A stretch of 64,000 bases of DNA from NCBI GenBank assembly GCA_030390025.1, contig CM059432.1, positions 14,014,001 through 14,078,000 of the forward strand. The letters are read 5' to 3'. Source of the stretch: Squalus acanthias (taxonomy: Eukaryota). This document shows positions 1 to 11,039 of the stretch, piece by piece (the first letter of the stretch is position 1; each line of letters opens with the position of its first letter). The position numbers and the translations under genes are program-made. Under the pieces are notes generated by a model, which was not told the DNA's origin, did no database searches, and saw only the letters and a list, made by a program, of their open reading frames with translations.

Positions 1-65
1 CAACAACTCGCTGTGTAAAAAAATGTTTCCTCATGTCGCCTCTGGTTCTTTTGCCAATCACCTTG
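1..65 (-). mobile_element. CR1 LINE ORF2 3' fragment (cut by window edge)
   Basis: Reverse strand encodes KVIGKRTRGDMRK.FFTQRVV-like text, matching the CR1 copy at 2690-2755. Confidence 0.75.
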
Positions 66-372
66 TCATCTCTTCTCTGACAGCCTGCTTGCTATTATAG
101 CTCCGAAAGGATGTTTTATTGTTATGTTTTGCCTCTGCTATGTTTTATATAGGTCTCTCTTTGCCTCTCTGGTCACCTTTTTAATTTGTATTTGCGTGAT
201 CTTATAGTCATTCCAGTAAGCCCCTTCTCCTTTCTCTCTACAGGATTTGTGGATGTCTTTTTTTACTCTTTATTTCACTTTTAATTTGTTTCTTAATCCA
301 CATAAGGTTGCCCTTGTTTAGTCTGAGCTTGCTGATCTTCGGTATGTTCTCGTCTTGCATATCTAACCTTAT

Positions 373-860
373 TCCAGTTATGTCACTGGACTGGTAATCC
401 AGAGACCTGGATTAATAATCCAGAGACGTGAATTCAAATCCCACCATGGTAGCTGGGGGATTTAAATTCAATTAAATAAATCTGGAATTAAAAAGCTGGT
501 ATCAGGAATGGTGACCATGAAACCACTGGATTGTCGTTAAAAACCCATCTGGTTCACTAATGTCCTTTAGGGAAGGAAATCTGCTGTCCTTACCCGGTCT
601 GGCCTATGTGTGACTATATGTGACTCCAGACCCACAGCAATGTGGTTGACTCTGAACTGTCCTCTGAAATGGCCCAGCAAGTCACTCAGTTATACCAAAT
701 CGCTACAACAAAGTCAGCACTGTGGGAGTAACTTCACCACACGGACTGCAGCGGTTCAAGAAGGCGGCTCACCACCACCTTCTCAAGGGCAATTAGGGAT
801 GGGCAATAAATGCCGGCCTTACCAGCGACGCCCGAATCCCGTGAATGAATTAAAAAAAAT
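373..860 (+). mobile_element. tRNA-derived SINE (family S1) with 3' tail shared with LINE family B
   Basis: B-box-like ATTCAAATCCC near 431, conserved body (CTGGTTCACTAATGTCCTTTAGGGAAGG...), tail ...CAAGGGCAATTAGGGATGGGCAATAAATG...poly(A) nearly identical to the LINE B 3' end at 56750-56894. Confidence 0.8.
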
Positions 861-1668
861 TATTCCTTTAAAGGGGTTCCATTTGTTTTCCACTGAAGTC
901 TTGTTAAACATCACCCTCCAACCATTTGTTTTAAATCTTCCCTCATCTTTAGAATTCTGCCCTTTTAAAATGATAAACCTTGCTGATGGTCTTAAGTTTC
1001 ATTGGGTTCCAGTCCATGTTAAACTTGATCATTCTGTTGTCACTATCTCCCTGGAGTGCTAGGCTTTCATTTCCTGTACATTGCCTGGGTCATTTGCGAA
1101 TACCAGGTCAAGTTGAACGCTTTTCTTGCACACTGCCAGTCTTTAAATCTGAATCGATGTTGAAAACATTAAATGAAAAGCAGCATATTTGCCAGAACAC
1201 TTACTGTATAACTGTGTGTGATTATCTTACATGTGATTTAATAATGCCAAAAATTATCTTTAAAATGTATTACCAATGTCTGCTGCAAAGGGCATAACTT
1301 AATCTGTGCCATTTTTAAAATGCTTAGCTGGAGTATTTTTTAATTGAATGTTATAACTCCTTTCCTGATATATACCGTAGCACGGGCAGGGGCTTTTCAG
1401 AAGTATTTGTTAAACCTAAGTGAAATGCCAAGGCCCATTGTACGGTATGCTGCCAAAGCTGAACAGTTTCATTTATAAAATGTCGTATCATGTCTCAGAA
1501 ATATGCAAAAGTACTTCATATAAATTCCGCTGTTGCACAGTTACTGTTGTGTAGGTGAATTCAACTAAGGCCAGAAAGATCGCAATGTACATTCCTATGT
1601 TCCTGTGTTAAATAACAAAATGTTGATAAGATAAGAATGGGCTAGTTTAGTTGTGGAAACAACTCTAG

Positions 1669-2429
1669 GGGCTGGATTTTGATACTGGGGCGGGTTGGGG
1701 TCGTGTCATCCGCATTTCGTGTTATCCACCCACCTGCAATTGGATGTGGGAGATTGGTGTAATTTTCACTTAATTGGGCAATTGAGTTCCAGCATGTGGG
1801 AACCCATGAACCAATTAGTGCTTTCAGTCTGAAAGTCGCCTCTGATGATGTCATCATTGCAGGTCAGAGACTGCCTGGTCTCAGAGACTGCCTGGCCTTT
1901 GCTGTGAGAGGACCTGGATGCAAAATGAGCAGCATCTCAGAGAGAGAGAGAGAGAGAATTTTTTTTGCAACCAAGTCCTCCCAGGCAGTCTCTGAAGACA
2001 TTCAATGCAGCAGCATCAGAGGCGACTTTCAGACCTAATATTACTACTACCTTCATCACAATACTACTACTACCTTCATCACATCTCCGTTGTAATAGTG
2101 GACCTGCAGCTGATAGTCAGCTATCCACTTGTGCTCCCGCCAGGTTTCACTGGCGTGTTTCACATCAGGCGTACTTCACGTCGGAAAAGGGTTAAACTAG
2201 CTAAAATGTTTCAAAATGGCATTACAGAGCTAATTTAGGGCTTGTTAAGGGCTTTAATGGCCTCTCCCGCCTCTTGGAGGCGGGACAGAGTCGGGAACCC
2301 CACGACCGATTTTGTCAAAATTGCGTGGTGGCGGAATGGAGTCGGGATGGGGTCGGGACCCCCGAATCTGCAACTTTAACCCCCACACGCCTCCAAATCC
2401 GACTCCACGGGTCATTGAAAATCCAGCCC
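1669..2429. mobile_element. PIF/Harbinger-type MITE (family M1)
   Basis: TIR GGGCTGGATTTT...AAAATCCAGCCC, 3-bp TSD TAG at 1666-1668 and 2430-2432; paralogue inverted at 15053-16124. Confidence 0.85.
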
Positions 2430-2476
2430 TAGGACTCTAGGTTTTTTTTAAAGAAATCTTTTAATATATTTGATTC

Positions 2477-5187
2477 TAGAATCATAGGATAGTACAGCAC
2501 AGAAGGAGGCCATTCGGCCCATCAAGTCTCTGCCGGCTCTTTTGAAGCGCAATCCAGTTAGTCCCACTCCCCCACTCTTTCCCCATACCCCTGCAACTTT
2601 TTCTCCTTCAAGTATTTATCCAATTCCCCTTTGAAGGTTACTATTGAGTCTGCCTCCACCACCCTATCAGGCAGTGCATTCCAAATTGTAACCCTTTGTT
2701 GCGTAAAAAAGTTTTTCCTCATGTCGCCTCTGGTTCTTTTGCCAATCACCTTAAATCTGTGCCCTCTCATTACCGACCTTTCAGCCATTGGAAACAGTTT
2801 TTCTGTATTTACTCTATCCAAATCCTTCGTGATTTTAAACACCTCTATCAAATCTCCTCTCAACCTTCTCTACTTTAAGGAGAGCAACCCCATCTTCTCC
2901 ACTCTATTCGCGTAACTGTAATCTCTCATCCCTGAAACCATTCTCATAAATCTCTTCTGTACCCTCTCCAAAGCCTTCACGGCCTTCCTAAAGTGTGGTG
3001 CCCAGAACTGGACCCAGTATTCCAGCTGGGGCTGAACTAATGTTTTATAAAGGTTTAGCATAACTTTCTGGCTTTTGTACTCTATGGGCTGTATTTTGTG
3101 AATGGAGGCGAGTTGGAGGCGGGACTGCTGCTTGTCGTGTCAATGTCCCGCCTCCATCCTCGCCTGACCAACCAGAGGGATTTTCCCCTTGATTGAGCTT
3201 GTTCAGCCTGCCCGGCGGGCTCAGCAGGCCAATTAGGGAGGAAGTCACTGACAGATCACGTCAACGTCAGACGTGCTATCTGTCAAGACTTCTTGAAAGA
3301 AGAAATGTCAGCGTTTGACAGCTCTGTGACGCTGTCAAACACTGACATTCTCTTCAGTTTGATGAGTCCTTGTGTTGAGGACTCATCAAAGCTTTCAAAT
3401 TTGTAAATTTCACATGGCTATTGGAACGGAGGTTCCAACAGCCATTCTGTGAAATTGACAAGGAGGATGTCGGCTCTCCCGACCCACCACGGCTGAAGGC
3501 TGTATGAAGAAAACAAGGTGAGTGAACACTTTTTTAAACTTATCACTCACCTTGCATACTTACCACTCCACACTTGCACCCATCACTCACCTCTACATCT
3601 TACTTCCAGGTGCCTCCGACCGCCGCAGACCTCCTTCACGTCTCCTCCAACCCGGCGGGGTTCTCCGAGGTCGTGAAGCCTTCACCTGTGAAGGTAAAAT
3701 GGCACTAATCCTTTTTTCTGCCTGTTAACTACCTGTTAACAGGCAGTTAAAAGGATTAAATGCCTATCCCGCCTCCAGGAGACGGGATCCGAAGCTGCAC
3801 TCTTCCCGCCTCCTGGCAAAAGTGCACGGAGGCGGGATGGGGGCGGCTTTGCCATCCGCCCCCACTTTCTCCGAGTTTACCGACTGTCCCGCCTCCATGC
3901 CCGCCTCCTCGGGGCTTGGAAAATCCAGCCCTATGCCTCTATTTATAAAGCTCAGGATCCCATATGCTTTATTAACTGTTTTAACATGTCCTGCCACCTT
4001 CCAAGATTTGTGCACAAACTCCCCCAGGTCTCTCTCTTCTTGCACCCCCTTTAGAATTGCACCATTTAGTGTGTATTGTCTCTCTTCATTCTACCTACCA
4101 AAATGTATCACCTCACAGTTTTCTGCATTGAATTTCATCTGCCACGTGTCCGCCCATTCCACCAGCCTGTCTATGTCCTCTTGAAGTCTGTTACTATCTT
4201 CCTCACTGTTTACTACACTTCTAAGTTTTGTGTCATCTGCAAAATTCGAAATTGTGCCCTGTACCCCCAATCCCAGTCATTAATGTATATCAAAAACAGC
4301 AGTGTTCCTAGTACTGAACCTTGGGGAATGCCACTGTATATCTCCCTCCATTTTAAAAACCAGCCATTCACCACAACTCTCTGTTTCCTGTCACTTAGCC
4401 AATTTTGTATCCATGCTGCTACTGCCCCTTTTATCCCATGGGCTTCAATTTTGCTAACAAGCCTAGTATGTGGCACTTTATCAAATGTCTTTTGCAAGTC
4501 CAGATACACAACATCAACTACACTGCCCTCATCCACCCTCTCTGTTACCTCATCAAAAAACTCAATCAAGTTAGTCAAACACGATTTGCCCATAACAAAT
4601 CCATGCTGGCTTTCCTTTATTAGTCCATGCTTGTCCAAGTGGCTGTTAATTTTCTCCCAGATTATTGTTTCTAAAAGCTTCCCCACCACCGACGTTAAAC
4701 TGACTGGCCTGTAATTGCCAGGTTTATCCTGCTCCCCTTTTATGAACAAGGGTGTAACATTTGCAATCCTCCAGTCCTTTGGCACCACCCCTGTATCTAA
4801 GGAGGACTGGAGGATTGTGGCCAGCACCTCTGCAATTTCTCCCCTTACTTCTCTCAACAACCTAGGATGCATCCCATCTGGACTGGGTGACTTATCCACT
4901 TTAATTACCGCCAGCCTGTCTAGTACCTCCTCTTTATATATCTTTTATCTCATCCAGTATCCCAGCAACCTCCTCGTTCACCGTAGCTTTGGCAAAGTCC
5001 ACTTCCTTGGTAAACGCCGATGCAAAGTACCCATTTAGTACCTCAGCCATGCCTTCTGCCTCCACCAATAGTTCTCCATTTTGGTCCCTAATCGGTCCCA
5101 CCGCTCCTCTGACAACTCTTTTACTGTTAATATGCCTACAGAAGACCTTTGGATTCCCCTTTATGCTAATCGCCAATCTATTCTCTA
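2477..5187 (-). mobile_element. 5'-truncated CR1 LINE with degraded ORF2 RT, interrupted by a MITE
   Basis: ORF pieces KSPSPDGMHPRLL, PGNYRPVSLTSVVGKLLE, QHGF, LDLQKTFDKVPH, GIPQGSVLG, RGHRFKV..FFTQ; TAGAATCA tail at 2477. Confidence 0.95.
3086..3931. mobile_element. PIF/Harbinger-type MITE nested in CR1
   Basis: TIR GGGCTG(T/G)ATTTT...AAAATCCAGCCC, TSD TAT at 3083-3085 and 3932-3934; removing it restores the CR1 peptide FINRGIEYKS. Confidence 0.9.
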
Positions 5188-6472
5188 TTACACAGGGAAG
5201 AACTCATTACAGAGAGATGAAGAATTAAAGCAGGACTCCTGATAATTCACAAGCTGAGTGCTTGATTTCAGCTGTAAGATTATGGGATGCAGTCAGCACA
5301 GGCAAACATTTCACCATTGGGAGGAGCAGGAAAATCGAAAGGGAATTATTACAGTTATTCCTGGCATCCAGTTTCAGCACTGGAAGAGGTTTGGGTGCAG
5401 TCTGCCAGCCATGATCCCAAATGCAGGAATACCAGGAAAGAGGAAAGGATGAAAATAACTCAAAAAGATGTCTCCCATTAAAAAAAAACCATGGGCTTAC
5501 ATCTAAGCTTGGATATAATATATGACATGATGTGACGTGATGTGATATATCATAAGAACAAGGTGGAAATCCAAATTATTCAGCTATCAAACAATAATGG
5601 TGATAGTGTATATCCTTTTCTAATCATAGATTTCACACATATCCAGTTTACTGACTATTAATGCCACTGCTCTCCTTGCTGCTTTGCTCAATCTTATAGA
5701 CTTTGTTTTGCAGTTAGTAATTTTCTTTTGATACCATGTTCTAGCCATGACCTCTATTAAAGGCTTCTTCTAAATCCATAAACCCCAAGCACAATGGTTT
5801 CCTGTCATCGGCTCAGTTGTCGGTGCTATCTTTCTTGTGAGAAGTGCTTGTGCTGAAGTTCCACTGTAGCTGGTAAAGTAACATTGTTACTCCCTCTGTT
5901 AAGATGGACATAATAGACCCTGGCACTAGTCAATGAAGAGTGGTGTGATATCCGTGCAGCATCCCTCTCTCAACCAACACCATCGAAAAAACAAATTTAC
6001 TGGTCACTCAGGGCACCCATCGGCCTCATGCTCACCCCCGCTGGCCTCACACTCGCCCCCTTGCCTCTCCAGCCCCCTCAGTTAAAATCGGGGCATATGT
6101 GTTATAACAGAAATGGTTTTTCTTTGTGGAGAATTTGCTTCTGTTTTAAGAAACTCATCTTCAATAGTAGAATTTACATATGATGGGTAAGAGACCACTA
6201 CTGACAAATAACTACTGCGGATGTGAAATGGAAAGCGTGTGGCCCTTCACTCAAATCAATCTGTATTTTAAATCGTCACTAGGGGCTGTTCAACGCTGAG
6301 TGGTAGGGTTGCTTTAATTGGACAATAGCCAGTGCCTGGCTTCCAGGTTCCTGTTTGCAGATCTCTAAAACACAAATTTGTTATATTGAATTCTTGAGAT
6401 AGTCAATTTAAATGGAGTAGGGATCAGTAATACTTTTGGATGCCGTGCGCAGCAAGGTGGGAATGTAATTTG

Positions 6473-6640
6473 AGAAGTCGCACAACACCAGGTTTATTTG
6501 AAATCACAAGCTTTCGGAGCGCTGCTCCTTCGTCAGGTGAAGTGAAGAGATGCATATAGGCACAGCATATATAGTCAGAGAACACTGCCAGATGATTACA
6601 GTTAATCTTTCCAACTGCCCTTTATCACACCTCGGCAGAG
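6473..6640 (-). mobile_element. Penelope-like element pLTR fragment (family P1)
   Basis: Same sequence as the arms at 37984-38189 and 56938-57309; carries a hammerhead core. Confidence 0.7.
6504..6540 (-). ncRNA. Minimal type I hammerhead ribozyme motif, intact core (P1)
   Basis: Minus strand UCAC-CUGACGA-A-GGAGC(AGC)GCUCC-GAAA-GC-UU-GUGA: all conserved core nucleotides, 5-bp stem II, 4-bp stem I, palindromic AAGCUU stem III. Confidence 0.7.
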
Positions 6641-7339
6641 AGATATGTAATTTAGCATTTACTAAATGTACCACAGTAAACTTCTACCAGAAAGAGTAAC
6701 AGCCCCACAAAGGAGGCAAGCTTCCAAGTATTGGAAATTAGAGCCATCGGCAGATTTAATTGTTATCCAATGTGGAAAACGTATCAACAGGTGGGAGTGC
6801 TGCTGTTCCTCTCACCAGCCCCATTCCTATTTTTCATCAAGCCCTTTGGAACCAATAACCACAGGGCAGTGATTATCACAGCTTAGTACCTTAACAAGAA
6901 GGGAATGGGCCTCCTGATCCGTAGAAGAAACAAACTTTTAACAATACAGATGTGATACGTTGGAACCTTTCGAACCAGGATAGAAAAACTGATGAGAAAC
7001 ACACGCCTCACTGAGCTGGGATGAATTTGGCTGTGTGAGACATACCGTTAGGTGGGCACCCACAATGCACATTGAAGAAAGGCATCCTGGGTGGAGATCA
7101 CCAGCTGGGTCAATGGCATGTGCACATTAACCACAACAAACGAGAAGAAGAAGTTACATTTAACCTTTAACACCAAAGTGTTGCAAGGCACTTCACGGCT
7201 TGGGGTGAGGGCTAAGTAGGAAATCCTCGGGATAAATTAGAGGTGACTGTAGGAAGAGAAGCCATTGTATGAGATGTGCTGACTGCAGCATTGGCACAGG
7301 TAAGAGCAATATTTTAGACTCTCGTATTTTGATGGTAAT

Positions 7340-9657
7340 CAAATATTACAAAGCCTGGGAGAAGATGCTTGCAGATGATGAGGGAGAGAGAGAATATGAT
7401 GAAACAAAAAAAGAGAGTGCATGATGCATGCCAGGTGAATTCTTTAAGTGAGAACAAGGCCAAATACAATAAGTTGGGAGGGGAAGGGAAGAGGAAAATA
7501 AGACTGGCAAAGAGATAATATGAGAATAGAATGGCAGTTAACATAAAAGGGAACCCAAAAATCTTCTACTGGCATGTAAACAGTAAGCGGGTAGTAAGAG
7601 GCGGGGTGGGGCCTATTAGGGACAAAGAAGGTGATATATGCTTAGAGACGCAGGGCAAGGCTAGAATATTTAATGAGTACTTTGTATCGGTGTTTACTAA
7701 GGAAGAGGATGCTGACAAAATATCGGTAGAAGCGGAGTGGTAGAGGCAATGGATGGGGTGAAAATTGATAGGCAGGATGTACTGGAAAGGCTGGATATGC
7801 TTAGAGCGGATAAGTCGCCTGGTCCGGATGGCTTGCATCCCAGGTTGCCACGGGAATTGGGGGTGGAGACAGCGGAAGGGCTTGCCATAATCTTCCAATC
7901 TTCCCTAGATGCGGGGGTGGTGCCAGAGGATTGGAAAGTGGCAAAGGTTTATCCTTCTCCCCTTTTATGAACAAGGGTGTAACATTTGCAATCCTCCAGT
8001 CCTTTGGCACCACCCCTGTTCAAGAAAGGGTGTAAGGACAATCCTAGTAACTGCAGGCCGGTGGTGGGTAAGGTTTTAGAAACAATAATCATGGAAAAAA
8101 TTAACAGGCATTTGGAGAGGTTTAAGTTAATTAAGGAGAGCCAGCACAGATTTGTAAAATTTTTTGATGAAGTAACAGAGAAGGTTAATGAAGGGAATGC
8201 AGTGGATGTTGGCTATATAGATTTTAAGAAAGCGTTTGACAAAGTACTACATAAAAGGCTGGTTAACAAAATTGAGGCTCATGGAATAGGTGGGTCAGTG
8301 TCAGCTTGGATAAGAAATTGGCTTTAGGACAGAAAACAGCAAGTCGTGGTAAATGGCTGTTTTTCAGACTGGAGGATGGTAAACAGTGGTGTTCCCCAAG
8401 GGTCAGTGCTAGGACCGCTGCTTTTTTTGATATATATATATATATAAATGACTTGGATATTGGAATACAGAGTAAAATTTCAAAATTTGCCGATGACACC
8501 AAACTTGGAGGTGTGGCGAACAGTGAGGATGATACCAGTCGACTGCAACAGGACATAGATAGTCTAGCAGAATGGGCAGACAAATGGCAGATGGAATTGA
8601 ATACAGAGAAGTGTGAGGTGATGTATTTTGGCAGAAGGGATAGCGAGAGACAATATAGACTTAATGGCGCAGTTCTAAAGAGTGTGCAGGGACAGAGGGA
8701 CCTGAGGGTTCATATGCATAGATCTTTGAAGGTGGCAGGACATTTTGAGAGAGTAGTTAGCAAAGCATATGGAATCTTGGGCTTCATAAATAGAGGTATT
8801 GAGTACAAAAGCAGGGAAGTTATGCTGAACCTTTATAAAGCTCTGGTTAGGCTGCAACTAGAGTATTGCATCCAGTTCTGGTCACCACACTTTAGGAAGG
8901 ATGTAAAGGTCCTTGAGAGGGTGCAGAGGAGATTTACCAGAATGGTTCCAGGGATAAGGGATAAGGGATTTTAGCTACAAGGTTAGGTTGGAGAAGCTGG
9001 GGTTATAGTCATAGCGTCATAACGGCACAGAAGGAGGCCATTCAGCCCATCGAGTCCGTGCCGGCTCTCTGCAGAGCAATCCAGTCAGTCCGATTCCCCC
9101 GCTCTATCCCCATAGCCCTGCAAGTTTATTTCCCTCAAGTACCTATCCAGTCTCCCCTTGAAAACATTGAGTGTCTCCACTTCCACCACTTCTGTCGGCA
9201 GCGAATTCCAGGCCATCACCACTCGCTGCATAAAAAAGTTTTCCCTCACATCCCCCTTGTTCTCCTTGGAGCAAAGGAGGTTGAGGGGAAATTTGATAGA
9301 GGTGCACAGGGTTATGATGGGTTTGGATAAGGTAGACAGAGAAAGGCTGTTCCCACTAGTTGATGGTACAAGGACTAGGGGACACAGATTTAAGGTTCTG
9401 TGCAAGAGATACAGGGGGGCATGTGAGGAAAAACTTTTTTACGCAGTGAGTGGTGAGGACCTGGATGAGGGCAGTGGAAGCTGACACGATCAATGATTTC
9501 AAACGGAAATTGAATAGGCACTTGAGGGAAATAAACTTGCAGGGCTACAGGGATAGTGCGGGGGAATGGGACTGACTGGATTGCTCTACAGAGAGCTGAC
9601 ACGGACTCGATGGGCTGAATAGCCTCCTTCTGTGCCGTAATGTCTCTATGACTCTAT
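7340..9657 (+). mobile_element. 5'-truncated CR1 LINE with degraded ORF2 RT
   Basis: IKGNPKIFY, FNEYFVSVFT, KSPGPDGLHPR, DFKKAFDKV, KFADDTKLGG, WQMELNTEKC, QLEYCIQFWSPH; tail CTCTATGACTCTAT. Confidence 0.95.
9006..9256 (-). mobile_element. Antisense CR1 3' fragment nested in the 7340-9657 CR1
   Basis: Tail ATAGTCATAGCGTCATA, 3'UTR and FFMQRVVMAWNSLP on the minus strand; same subfamily as 33287-33600. Confidence 0.85.
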
Positions 9658-10516
9658 GGGGGTAAAATTCAGTCGCGCCCCGTTTGGAGCGCAAATATCG
9701 TCCGGGCGCAAAAATTAGTGCCTGGCGCTAATTATCGCCACTGACTGGAAACTTCACTTTTATCGACCCCTGAGGTGATTGGAGCGCTAAATCAGGCGCT
9801 TCACACCTGTCTTAAGGCGCAAAGGCCGAGGAGCGAGGCGCTAACTCAGAGCGCTGGCGAAGCTCATGTGATGTTAGTCAGCAATGGAACACACACTCAA
9901 TGGCACCAGCCAGTTCTTAAAGGGGATGGTTGATCTTGCTTTCCATCCACATCCTGCTCATTGCAGCCTTGAATCCCGGCCTGGAGAGACCTGCACATCA
10001 AATCTGCTGGAAAGAACAATGGAGAGTACCAGGGAAAGAGCTTAGAGTGCAGCCCCAGCAGTCTCTTCTAAATCGATTCAAGGAATGGCAAATCAAAATG
10101 AACCTGCAAAGTGCTGCTCAGTACCCAAAACTCCTTCACACAACGTTGAATCTCTCCAGATGTCTCTCTCTCTCTCTCTCAGAATGCGTAGTTCAAAAAT
10201 GGCACCAACAATAAAAGGCAGGAAGCGGTCACCTTTAAATAGCGCTCCCCCAGTCCCTTCATGACTGCAGAACGCTCCCCTCAACCTGTCGTTGCTAGCG
10301 TCAGGCGGTAAGGCAGGGGGCGCCACTCAATATCCGCTCCGGGGTGATACCGGGGCGTTGCACACTCGACTGACGTCACGATCTGCCAGCGCAGGATGTC
10401 TAGTTAAGGTCGCGAGCGGCGCAAACATCGCTGCACCCGGGCGCTAGCTGCTTTGCGCCCCATTAGCGCCCTCTTAAGGCGCTAACAGGAGGCGCAACCA
10501 ACTGAATTTTTCCCCC
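9658..10516. mobile_element. PIF/Harbinger-type MITE with GCGC-rich subterminal regions
   Basis: TIR GGGGGTAAAATTCAGT...ACTGAATTTTTCCCCC, TSD TAT at 9655-9657 and 10517-10519. Confidence 0.85.
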
Positions 10517-10759
10517 TATGTGCCATGTGCAGGACAATTGATTTCATTGCATGTAGCGCAGAGGAAGTTTTCCCCATTGTGTACACATCGTAGAAAAGTC
10601 TGGACTTCCAGAGCCCAACTACATCACACACGACACTAAGAGACACTCGGCCGACTACCACTACTGCTACAAACAACCGCACAGAGGCAGAGTCATCTGC
10701 ACCTTCACAACCTGGCGTCTCATCAATATAGGAGTATTCACAAAATACAGATTAGGTAA

Positions 10760-10999
10760 TATCTCTTAATGTCTCTCAATGTCTCTTAATCTCTCCTGCT
10801 TTCTATCCTACCTGACCTTCCCTTTTGTTCTTTCATTACCTCCCCCTTTTCCCAGCATTATACTTGCTTTAAATCTATTTCAATTCCTGCTTTTTTCCAG
10901 TTCTGACGAAAGGTCTTCGACCTGAAACGTTAACTCTGTTTCTCTCTCCACGGATGCTACCTGGCCTGCTGAGTTTTTCCCAGCGTTTTCTGTTGTTAT
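10760..10999 (+). mobile_element. Hammerhead-bearing retroposed insert (family P2, probable Penelope-like)
   Basis: Perfect 14-bp TSD TACAGATTAGGTAA at 10746-10759 and 11000-11013; body shared with the copies at 38646 and 41969. Confidence 0.8.
10899..10935 (+). ncRNA. Minimal type I hammerhead ribozyme motif, intact core (P2)
   Basis: AGUU-CUGACGA-A-AGGUC(UUC)GACCU-GAAA-CG-UU-AACU. Confidence 0.7.
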
Positions 11000-11039
11000 T
11001 ACAGATTAGGTAAAAGTGGTTTAGAGCACGACAGACATC

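Noticed and set aside
3358..3395. TGATGAGTCC...GGAC as a hammerhead
   Set aside because: Lacks C3 and the GAAA after the stem; it is a simple perfect hairpin.
5190..5480. Possible host exon after a pyrimidine tract and CAG
   Set aside because: The tract belongs to the CR1 edge; frames contain stops and there is no recognisable homology.
8429..8446. (TA)n run as a TATA or regulatory site
   Set aside because: Slippage expansion of the CR1 LIYIN codons.
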